DNA of 64,000 nucleotides from Azolla caroliniana (taxonomy: Eukaryota; Plantae; Polypodiophyta). The notes under the pieces were generated by a model. It was not told where the DNA came from. It worked only from the letters and a program-made list of their open reading frames with translations, and made no database searches. The stretch spans positions 24,862,001-24,926,000 of the forward strand of contig JBHGNT010000002.1 in assembly GCA_043228905.1 (NCBI GenBank). The letters are read 5' to 3'. Positions 11,054 through 22,964 of the stretch are shown piece after piece; the stretch's first letter is position 1, and each line of letters starts with the position of its first letter. The translations under genes and the position numbers were made by a program.

Positions 11054-13589
11054 TTTTTTTGTAAAAGCTGGCTAATGCAAGAACAATAGATCATTATTTT
11101 GTATATTGGATCAAAGTGCTATGTCCATGGATAGACTAACGTCATTGGAGGACATGCTATCAAATTGTACAACATTGAGGGATATATATATATATATCTG
11201 TAATCAAAAGTGATGTGCTACCTGCGAGACACGGAGCACTGAAAAAACATCGGATGTTTTTTGGACGAGATAACCTTTGGGGCTATTATTTTAGTTTCTT
11301 TGAAATTATGAGATATTTTTTATCAAATCCATTTAATTGACAAACTATGGCACATATACTAGAGCTCAACTCTCATCAATGCATTATACATTTTGTTTTG
11401 GACTATCGTCAATAACAGCATTCCTAGTTTGTTGTATATGCTACAACTTTTTTATGAGCCATTGTGTTTTTTCTTCTGCATTAATTTTCAGTTCATTGTA
11501 TCAGATGCCAATCTATTAGCTCACTAAGTCATTGGTCAGGGTTTAGTTTCACAAGACACTTTACAACATCCAATATCTCATTGATTCTTAGATGGTGAGG
11601 TATTAACGTTGTAGTGAACTCTTGCTCTCACTCTTTTGCATGCCAGGTTTTGACATAGCTTTTGCAATTACTTTAGATTCCTAATAATATTATTATGAGA
11701 TATACTTCATGTTAGTATTTTTATCCTCCTTCAAGGTTAAGTCGTGTTAATGCATTGCAAATGTTGGGGGCATCAATATTCTAGCTACATTAATGGAAAC
11801 AATCTGTCGTAAAGTTATGTTACACGTTTCTACTAGTATGCTTGCTTAATGTTTGTTGATGGGAATTCAAATACCATTTGCAGGTTCCAATTCTTTAGTT
11901 TCTTTACCCTTGACAATTCTTTTGGCATTGTATCTTTTGAAAGATGCACTATTGGAAGGCTCTAAATCCTAAGAGGAGATGTGCATACCCCTTTGAAAGG
12001 AGTAAATATAATTTAAAATATCATCATATGTATTGGTACATTACTTTCATGAAGTAAAAACAAAAGAGGTTACATTATGACCTTCAAAAGAGTTCCCTTA
12101 TCGTTTTGCTTAAGCCAACAAAAGAGCTTGTCAATTGATATAAACTCATAAGGCCGAGTTAAGAAAAAGCACCTTTTGGAGAATAAAATCTCATTCATTA
12201 GATGCTTTAAATGTTGTCATGTCAAGTAGCAAATGTTTATTTGAAGCTACGTACAACTTTTTGCTGGCCATAGGTAAACTCCATATTTTTGAAGCATTAT
12301 GAGAAGTGTTGTATTTTTTTCAAAGCCTTGACCTTGTCGCCATTATGCTTTCGAACTGCCATTGTTCATTTGAATTGATAGTTGAATACTGAAGTAGGAA
12401 TAAATGAGCAATGAGTCGCCAACACAAACTAAAAATAGACTCATGCCTTCACGCACCATTGATCCACCATATATCTATTAGCCCTCCTTACTTGAAACCA
12501 CAATTTGTTATATAGAGAACACTAGTTTGAAAAGCTAACATAAAGGCTCATTTTTAGGTTGAAAATATGTATGTGATTATTGATTGATTATGATCTTCTT
12601 TTAGAAATGGTCGAGTGTTTATATCAAATAAAAAAACTAGGCGTTTTTATTGCTTTCAAAAAGGAAATATGTGAGCATATATTTATTGAAATCATGCAAT
12701 CGTGTCACCTTTTCCTCACATTCTTACCTTATGTATGAATTGAAGTGAAGCTTCGTGTAAATATAAATATATTAAAATAGGAAAATTTATATGTAAATAA
12801 GCACAAAGTATGCTCAAATTTAATAGCATATAAGATGAAAATTTGAAAGAAAGTAAAAAACATGTAAAAAAGAAATTTAAAAAGTAGGAGTAGTTGAACC
12901 AAACTACATACCATTGTCTAAGTTCCTACACAACCACAAAATCATGCCCATCCCCACACATGCTAGAGCCCATGCCTTTCACCTCCATATGCATAATGCC
13001 ACCATTGCTTCCACAAGACTTGGCTTTGTATTCTCTTCCATGCGTTTGGGGCAGAGCCAAGGGAGACTCTTGGACTACACATATTTGTTCTTGGTGAGCA
13101 TGAGTATCACACTTTGTTATGATGCTCCACATTTGAATGCATTTGAAATGGCTTTCCACTGTCCACACATTTTCAATCTGTTCTAATTCTACACACATTT
13201 TTCTCATAGTCACAATGTGCACTCTCAATGACAATGCTTGTTAGTGGAATTCTTCAATCTGAAGAGTCACGAACCAACTCACATATCATGTGTGAAAGTG
13301 TTTTTACTAACTACTCTTAGCCCAATAGGTCATGGTTGGTCCCCTTTCAGGATTTAGAGTTGTACTAATTAACAAAAGGAAAAACAACTAAAAAAATCTC
13401 ACATATACATAATGATCTCAATGAAGATCCTAAAGAGTAAACTAATACAAATAACCACTTAGCCTAGGGTAAACTAATACAACAAAAGAAAGAATAGATG
13501 TTTTATTGTCCATGATGAGGCCAAATTTGACCTAAACCCTAACCCTAATTTTTTTGTCAATGATGAGAGAAAGAGAGAGGGAGGTATGC

Positions 13590-13806
13590 AGAGAATTTAA
13601 AAAATACAAGGTAGGGGTAATGTTGGGAATTTTGAAAATATGAGGTAAGGTTAATATTGGAAATTTTGAGAATAATAGAGGTACGGGGTATAGTTGGGAA
13701 TTTTGAAAATACGAGGTAGGGGTATTTCGGGGATTTTGAAAATACGAGGGAGGGGTATTTCGGGAAATTCCGAAAATACGAGGGGAAGGGAGAGGTAAAC
13801 TCTCCT
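13590..13806 (+). repeat. ~33-bp degenerate tandem repeat x6 ending in a hairpin
   Basis: Units resemble GGGAATTTTGAAAATACGAGGTAGGGGTA. They are followed by the inverted repeat GGAGAG-GTAAA-CTCTCC at ~13789-13805. Confidence 0.8.
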
Positions 13807-16141
13807 CTTATTAGATACAATCATACATATTCATAAATTATGTTTTCTAGCGATGGTGGCGCACCGTGCACGTGCTTTTGCGCTGCAGCGTATGTTCGAT
13901 TTCTCTCTGAGCCTCTCCTAATCTCTCCTCGTAATTTAGGGTTTCCTTTACCACGACGAGTCTCTCTTCATGTCAGGTATTCTCCAATTCTTCTTCTTCC
14001 TTTTGTTTTGTTTTGTTTTGTCTGTCATTGCTTCCTTGTTTATGTATCGTTTCTGTGATTCTTAAGCTGCTCCATTTCTGTGCGTTTTAGTAGTTTGATC
14101 AACGGACTAATAATTAAGAAGCATCATTTTGAAGCTGCTGATGAAGCTTCATCTCTTCACTTTGTGTGTCTCTCCTCCTCCTAGAACTCTTAATAATAAT
14201 CGTCATCTTGAAACTTCTGTACAAGAAATTGTGGTGACGCTTCATCTCCGAGCTTCGTTTATTCAATGTTTTTTTGATTTATAAAAATGTTAGTCTTCTG
14301 AGGCGATGGAGAGAAGTGTAAAGTTCTTGGTCTGGGGCAGACTGCTAGAGATGTTATATATGGGAAGTTTCAGTGTAAGATTCTGTCCCAGAACTGGTGA
14401 AACCTTATTATCTTTAAGCTTGTCTCCAGGATTCCATGAAACTTCATCTTGCAAGAACTAATGAAGACATCCTCCAGCATCTCGACGAGAAACGATGAGC
14501 TTCATCTTGAAGCTTCTCTATCAGAACTGATATATTCCATATTGAAGCATCTCTCTGCTGCCTTGTTTGATTAGGAAAACTGCTGTCGCTTGAGGCAATG
14601 GAGGGAAGTTTGCAAGTTTTCAGTCTTGTTCAGATAGCCATAGATCAGACAATACGTTAGGAATTGATAAATGGTGTTCAAGCAAACTATTCTGCAAAAA
14701 CCTGGTGAAAATTATTCTCTGCAAGAACGGGTCAAAATTCATCCGTAGGAAAGCTTCTCTCCACTTCCTTAGAATTACATTCCGAAAAAAATAGTCTTTT
14801 GAGTCAGAAATTAATAGTTTCACTGTCTTATTTCTTCCCTCTTTCGGCTATCCAATCAACGAAATGGCAAATTCTCTGCTTGACGCTCATATCATCTGAT
14901 ATATTTGATGATACAATACACTTGAAGTTTATGCATTGAGTAGAAAAATCTTTGAGACAGAAACATTTTCATTTGTTCTGGTTCATATCCACGATAAATT
15001 AAGAAATTAGAATCATCTTTCTAAACTATATAGGGAGATTATCTGTTCTCTTGTATTAGAAAAAAACACTTGAATTTGGCCATCTGCTTCATGAAATTCT
15101 GAAATCATCTTGAACTACTGCTCCTCTTGATCAGTTAGATCGAAATACATAGTGTTTGGTTGAGTCAGAAAATAAACTTGATTTTTCTTACATAATTTGG
15201 CTATCTGCTGTAAGAAATGGCGAATCCTCTTCTTGAAGCTTAATGGAAGAAAATGGCTATAATTATTTCGGTTCAGTATCTAGAGATCGAGTATTACCTG
15301 TTCTTATACCCATTCCTTAAGTTTGGATTACATCCATAGATAAATCAAGACACTACAATTCTCTTTTTAAGGAAGAATCTTGAAAAACTATCTGTTTTCT
15401 TGGTTTGGAAAATACAGTTGAAATCTGCTTATCTAATTTAGTTTGCTGATGAAAAGAATGGTGAAATCTTTGAAGCATCTTTGTGCTGTCAGTTTTTACA
15501 TTTAAGAATGCAATAGTCTGGGCGATAACTTGATCACCTTGCCATTAAGTTCAGCTCTCTCAATTTATCGATGGATTGAGACACTACACAGTCTCATCTT
15601 TTTTTTTTCTTTGTTTGGAGTGGAAAATACTATCTTTGAGGTAGAAATTCACTCACTTTCTCATGTAAGTTTAGCTGCCATCAATAGGAGGAAATTCACA
15701 AGTAAGATTGACAGTTATATTGTTTTGTTTGCTTCATTAGCTGTGGTACAGATCTGTGTCAAAACTGACGAAATATGTCTTACAATTTGTTAGCTATAGA
15801 GTTCTGACATCATTATGCACCAATAGAATATATTCATTGTTATATTCCAATCTTTGATGGTATTCCTTTCTTTCATGTACACATGGTCATCATTATATAA
15901 AACCTGTTCCATCTACTCACTATTTTATGGCGTCTTAGAGGGTTACATGTATTCGTTCAGTGATTGAAATTTTCACATCACCTAAAATGTATTTGGATTT
16001 CAAATTAGATTAATCACCAGATTTTGATAAATTTTTGTATTGAAAAGGTTGCGTTCTCACTTGTGTCTGAAACTGTTGTAAAGAAAGTAGTAACTAAATG
16101 GATTCATTTCTTGCAGATCTGTAGTGCCTGATTTTCAGAAA

Positions 16142-19100
16142 ATGAATGGCCGGGATGAAAAGGTCCACGGTTCAACAGAAAAGACGTCTAAGCTGTTTCC
16201 TCCAGCTCTCTTGCTACTTTCCTTATGTGGATTCTCATTTTACTTGGGGGGAATGTTTTGCTCAGAAAAAGATGCAACAACAGATCAATACAATGGGGTC
16301 AAAGTTGATAAGAAATTTGCAAATTGTCAGTCTCATGTTAAACCCCTTGCAAATTTCAAAGAGTGTAACATCAGCTTGCAAGACCTAACCCCTTGTACAG
16401 ATCCTCATGTATGCTAATCCGAGCCTTAGTTAGAAAATTTGTTTTCTGCACAGATGGCGCAAATATGACAAGTATCGGCTGGCGTTCAGGGAATGTCACT
16501 GTCCATCTCCATCTGAGAGGATGCAGTGCTTAATTCCATCACCAGAAGGCTGCACTATTCCTATACGATGGCCTCGTAGTAGGGATGAATGTTGGTATAG
16601 GTGAGCCTTACACACAAGTACTCATGCATGGTTGATTTTCTGCCTTGCCATTGATCACCTGTATCACATATTGGTATATAGTTATGTTATGATTAGGAAA
16701 TCAGACACGAATGTCGTGCTAGTGAGAATCTCTTCATATACTTGCTTTAAGAAGACATTTGTGCTAAGATTCTATCATCCAGTGCTGTTGGTTTGAATAG
16801 TTTCCTTTTAATTAGTAATGCCATTAATGAATACTATACTGTTGACGAGGATCTCTACGAGGATTTGTTTGTTAAAACTTAAAACTCTACTGATTGAGTA
16901 CCGTTGTACGGGCAGAAATGTGCCACATGATTGGATTAACACTGCAAAGGCAAATCAAAGATGGATGCAGAAGAAAGGGGACAAATTTATTTTTGCTGGT
17001 GGAGGTACAATGTTTCTGAATGGTGTGGATGATTACTTGGACCAGATGCAAGAACTTATTCCAGGAATGAAAGATGGAACTATCAGAACAGTTCTCTACA
17101 CATACACATGCACGCATACGGCATACATCTTTGCTCATATATGTATATGATTAAGCTTTGTATTTTGTGGACTTTACAGGTGGCTAGCTGGGGTGGATAT
17201 TTACTACATCATGGTATATTGACCATGTCAGTAGCACCTCGTGACAACCATGAAGCTCAAGTACAGTTTGCTCTTGAGAGAGGAATTCCTGCCATGATTG
17301 GAGTCATATCAATTCAGAGGCTTCCGTACCCAGCAAATGCATTTGATATGGCTCATTGCTCCCGTTGTTTGATCCCTTGGACTGGCCATGGTGTGATATA
17401 TGTAGTAGCATGATTAACATTCAAGCATGTTTCTGTTGAATTTTCTATGCAACAATGACAGTCTATTATTGCCTTTTAGATAGAGGTGACGATGATGCAA
17501 GATCTTGTAATGGCCTTCATAGTGGTCACGTGACCATGCAATTATATATTTTTACTGTATTATAAATAAATGCAATAAATAGCCTTCAGAAAAAATGGGA
17601 GTTTTTTGCACGTTTTGTTGAATAGGTGGAGTAAATCTATTGGAAATTGACAGGATTCTCCGACCAGGTGGTTTTTGGGTTCTTTCAGGAACACCAATCG
17701 ATTATCTGGTTAATTGGAAAGGATAGGATTCTACCGAGGAAAAGCAAAAAGCAGATCATGATAAACTTCAAGATCTACTGCATCACATGTGCTACAGACA
17801 ATATGCTATGAAAGTTGGCATCGCTGTTTGGCAAAAGCCTTTGGACAATACATGCTTCAACAATCGCGGAGAAGAGGCACTGCCACCACTATGTGATGAG
17901 AGCATTGATCCTGATGCATCATGGTGATTTTTTAAACTTTCTATACAACTGCCAAATTAATCACTGGATATTTCACTACAATGTCGACTTTTTATGAGTT
18001 TCTGCCGGTGAGGCCTTGCATACCTATCTAGGTATGCTCCACCTGGCTTACTGAGATTCATCCTAATCCATATTGTTGTAATCTAAGGACAGACTCAATG
18101 AAAAGATTATTTTCTAACTAATTGTGCATTTACATTACAGTAGTCAAGATAATTGAACAGCAAGATCATAAGTCCAACGTCCATATCTGTTGCATTTAAA
18201 CTACCATCATTCATAGGTTAAGAAATATTTCTTCCTCGATGGTGGACATTGATGAGCAGTCTCTCACACAGACAGCTAACACCTCTTTATAAAAAATTAT
18301 CAACTAGGTATTGCCTAAGTATGAAAATTTTAAAACTATAAATTTCTTTGTATACAAAGAAATAATGAAAGCCTATGTAGACTGGCCCTCAAGGGCTAAA
18401 GAAGTAGTTGCAGTTGCCTAGTAATTTCCACAGTCAATGGGAGAGACACATGTGAAAACATCTCTTTTGCTAACCAGTCATGTTTGTGAGAAAATGTCTA
18501 AACCTTCTAAATTCATTTGGGGAGCTAACATTGTTCTCATTGTGAAAATTTCAGGTATGCACCAATGCGACCTTGCATTGTGAAGTCTACCTTTGCATTC
18601 AAGCGCCTTGGTGTAGGACAAACACCCAAGTGGCCCTCTCGACTTAGGGAAGCACCTGCAAGAGCCCACTTATTTCTTTGTATGAAAATTGTAAAACTAT
18701 AAATTTCTTTGCATACAAAGAAATAATGAAAGTCTATGTAGACTGGCCTCAAGGGCTAAAGAAGTAGTTGCAGTTGCCTAGTAATTTCCACAGTCAATGG
18801 GAGAGACACATGTGAAAGCATCTCTTTTGCTAACCAGTCATGTTTGTGAGAAAATGTCTAAATCTTCTAAATTCATTTGGGGAGCTAACATTGTTGTGTC
18901 ATTGTGAAAATTTCAGGTACGCACCAATGCGACCTTGCATTGTGAAGTCTACCTTTGCATTCAAGCGCCTTGGTGTAGGACAAACACCCAAGTGGCCCTC
19001 TCAGCTTAGGGAAGCACCTGAAAGAGCCCACTTATTTCTTTGTATGAAAATTGTAAAACAAAAAATTTCTTTGCATACAAAGAAATAATGAAAGTCTATG

Positions 19101-21249
19101 TAGACTGGCCTCAAGGGCTAAAGAAGTAGTTGCAGTTGCCTAGTAATTTCCACAGTCAATGGGAGAGACACATGTGAAAGCATCTCTTTTGCTAACCAGT
19201 CATGTTTGTGAGAAAATGTCTAAATCTTCTAAATTCATTTGGGGAGCTAACATTGTTGTGTCATTGTGAAAATTTCAGGTACGCACCAATGCGACCTTGC
19301 ATTGTGAAGTCTACCTTTGCATTCAAGCGCCTTGGTGTAGGACAAACACCCAAGTGGCCCTCTCAGCTTAGGGAAGCACCTGAAAGAGCCCACTTATTTC
19401 TTTGTATGAAAATTGTAAAACAAAAAATTTCTTTGCATACAAAGAAATAATGAAAGTCTATGTAGACTGGCCTCAAGGGCTAAAGAAGTAGTTGCAGTTG
19501 CCTAGTAATTTCCACAGTCAATGAGAAAGACACATGTGAAAACATCTCTTTTGCTAACCAGTCATGTTTGTGAGAAAATGTCTAAATCTTCTAAATTCAT
19601 TTGGGGAGCTAACATTGTTCTCATTGTGAAAATTTCAGGTACGCACCAATGCAACCTTGCATTGTGAAGTCTACCTTTGCATTCAAGCGCCTTGGTGTAG
19701 GACAAACACCCAAGTGGCCCTCTCAGCTTAGGGAAGCACCTGAAAGAGCCCACTTATTTCTTTGTATGAAAATTGTAAAACAAAAAATTTCTTTGCATAC
19801 AAAGAAATAATGAAAGTCTATGTAGACTGGCCTCAAGGGCTAAAGAAGTAGTTGCAGTTGCCTAGTAATTTCCACAGTCAATGAGAAAAACACATGTGAA
19901 AACATCTCTTTTGCTAACCAGTCATGTTTGTGAGAAAATGTCTAAATCTTCTAAATTCATTTGGGGAGCTAACATTGTTCTCATTGTGAAAATTTCAGGT
20001 ACGCACCAATGCAACCTTGCATTGTGAAGTCTACCTTTGCATTCAAGCGCCTTGGTGTAGGACAAACACCCAAGTGGCCCTCTCGGCTTAAGGAAGCACC
20101 TGAAAGAGCCTACTTATTTTCTGGAGGGAGTGAAGATTTATTTCAAATGGATACAAGAATGTGGAAAGATATTCGTATATACTACTAGAAGGCAGTTCTC
20201 CCTGACCCAGGCACAAACAAGATAAGGAATGTGATGGATATGAACACAAAATATGGTGGCTTTGCATCCTCATTAATTGATGATCCTATTTGGGTGATGA
20301 ATGTTGTCTCTTGTGTACTCAGCAAACTCATTAGGTACTATTTATGATCGAGGGTTGATTGGGACAATGCATGACTGGTTTGTAGATGGACAAACCCCTT
20401 CTTATGAAGTTGTGAATGATGCAATGTGGTCTGTTTCTTACAGGCATTATGGTTTTGTTTTTCCCAGGTGTGAAGTTTTTTCCACTTACCCGAGAACCTA
20501 CGATCTCCTTCATGTAGATGGCCTATTCACATCAGAGAGTCACAGGTACAACTTCTTGTTTCTCTGAGGGCAAGGGAAAGGCGGAGAAAGAAAAAAAAGA
20601 AAAGTATATTGATGTCCATCAAATGTCTTGGATTATTTTGGAAAAAACATATAAAAATCCTTAGGAAGCCCTTCAAGGTGTATGAGATGTAAAAAGGGCA
20701 GACCAAACTGAACCAATACAATTCACTGCAATACCATTGAGAAGGTTCCAAATAACTATAGCCTACGTATGTTTCATATATTCATACATGTTTGCATGCA
20801 TGCCAACATACATACATATATATATGCACATAAGCATATATACATGCACACAGGCAACTGGAAGTAGATACTTAAGGCAAGGGTAATCTATTTTATTTTG
20901 AACCCCTTTGCTTTTTATTGATGAAAGAAATAAATACCCATACTGTAGGAATAAATAGGTTTAGACAAGATTGCACCCAATGCTTTATATGTGGTGAGCG
21001 AAATAAATGTATTTCTGCTTCTATTCATACAGATGTGAGATGAAGTTTGTACTCCTAGAAATGGATCGGATATTAAGACCTGAAGGATACGTGACAATAC
21101 GTGATGCACCCAACTATGTGTTTGATGCAAGGATGCTTGGAGAAGCCATGCAATGGAAGTGCACAAAATACTCAACAGAGAAGCAAGAAGTTGACAAAGA
21201 GCAACTACTATGTCAAAAACTTTTCACAAAGGATGTAATCTTCCAATGA
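16142..21249 (+). pseudogene. Probable pectin methyltransferase PMT20/PMT21 (ERD3)-like, Methyltransf_29 family, disrupted
   Basis: Family motifs: [136 protein letters not shown]. Lesions: acceptor CAG>CAC at ~16451, DTGCG motif and donor missing after 17096, in-frame TAG at 17724 and 20186, frameshift near 20312, and a 5x exon duplication. Probable 5' UTR exon ~13880-13976 with a long intron to ~16116. Confidence 0.88.
18319..20120 (+). repeat. Five tandem copies of a 360-362-bp intron+exon unit inside the PMT gene
   Basis: Acceptor TTTCAG|GTA(T/C)GCACCAATGC gives exon starts at 18555, 18917, 19279, 19639 and 19999. Each copy encodes a YAPM(R/Q)PCIVKSTFAFKRLGVGQTPKWP-type peptide. Only the last copy continues into the rest of the exon. 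Confidence 0.96.
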
Positions 21250-22964
21250 AAAAGTAATCGTTTTCTCTAAATCATGTGTCTATTATCATCTCCTTATTGA
21301 AGCTATTCATCATGTTATGGCAGATGTCTTCGTATCTTCTTTGGTTTGGCTCTTGAATAGATACACAAATGAATGGATGATGGAGACACGTATTGGCTCA
21401 AGCTATGGTAAACCTTCAGCCTCAATATTGTTCATTTCAATCCCTTTTGTTGGGTTTTGGTTGCTGAATTTGTTCCAAATTACTCAACTTATCTTGGATT
21501 AAATAGTCAATTCTTATTTACTTTGTTAAATGCCAATTTATATATAATAATATTTTGATCACATTCGATTAAATTGAAAATCTCATGTTTGGAGAGTCCA
21601 TGGTTTTCCTTTTCCAATATTCTATTGAACTCTAAAAGCCACAAGTAGTTCAGGTAAATTGATAAATGTTCATTCAACTGTACTATCGTATGGTCATGTT
21701 AAAGATCTTGACAGTATCAAATATGCATTTTCTTGACACTAAGTGTAGAATCTCTAACTACCTGCTAAACGATAAGTATATTACTCAATGGGAGCTTTAG
21801 TAAAATGTTGTCTAACACTCATAAAATAAAAATTATTGGATGGGAATTTCAGCTCCTATCCAATAGAGAAGATGATTTATCCACTCTAACCCAAGCCATG
21901 GGGGTATCAAATTAATTATTGAGTGATTCTTGCGATAAAAAATGAGCTCCTTAGTGACTTTATGGGCAACTAGTAGGAATCTGACTTCATCTCCTTCAGG
22001 CAAGGAGATATTTTACCATTCAACTACATTTTGTAAAATGTCTTATTGCTAAATTTATTTACTAAACATATCAAAATGTTACGGTTAATGTATATTAATA
22101 TTGGAGGGGTAGGGAGTTTATACATTCAACGGAAGGAGATATACCAACATGTGCACTTGGGTGGTTGGGAGGAGGGTCAAGATAATTTTGTGGAGCAATT
22201 TATTGTTGCTATGTTGTTATAGGATCTCATGATAGACGCCCAACACTAACACTCTCTTGGAGTTATCTACCCTTCTAGCTGTATTTCTAGTTGTGTAACT
22301 TGCTGGAGAATATATGCAAATGCAAACTTGTGAATCTCCTCAATATCCTCATGTATACCAATTCATCACCTATAAGCATGTTTGTATACCAATTCTTGCA
22401 TGGGTACCGTTGCTTAAACGTATAGTATGAATAGAAGACATCTATATCCTAGCATGTGAAAACACTAAATAAATGATTAGATTCCCATGGAAATGTAAAT
22501 GATCATTGCATACCACCCACATCCTTGTGCTCTTCTTCGTATTGCATTTTATTATAATGTTCAAGGGGATGCTCAAGACATCATTGCTTGCTACAAATGA
22601 GCTAGGGGGCATACAATACATAAATTAATGGATGAGAAGCCTCAAAATGAGGTGACCATCTCAAGAACTTTTAAAGCTCGATGTGCATCATTGAACATAT
22701 AGGGCATAAATTGCCCGCCAACGCCGTGACTCATGAGATATAACAACGGTAATTGTGGTGACACAGCAATAGATGTTATCAGTGATTCTAGTGGCATGCT
22801 AAAAGACAGTTTTGCTTCCACATAAATAACAAGTCATGCCATACATAAACACATAGTAAACTATACATACATACAAATACATACATACAGCCACACTACA
22901 AACTAAACTATGCATTACTGTTTACATACATATATACATTACTTAGACCGTCTTTGGACTCTCC

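Noticed and set aside
12900-13250. Possible Myb/trihelix or transposase relic on the minus strand
   Set aside because: Only a vague resemblance, with no motif I can state confidently.
13531-13548. Interstitial telomere array
   Set aside because: Only ~2.5 units, better treated as a telo-box or chance motif.
18478-19753. Repeated 63-82 aa ORFs as a tandem small-protein gene cluster
   Set aside because: They are read-throughs of the duplicated PMT intron/exon unit.
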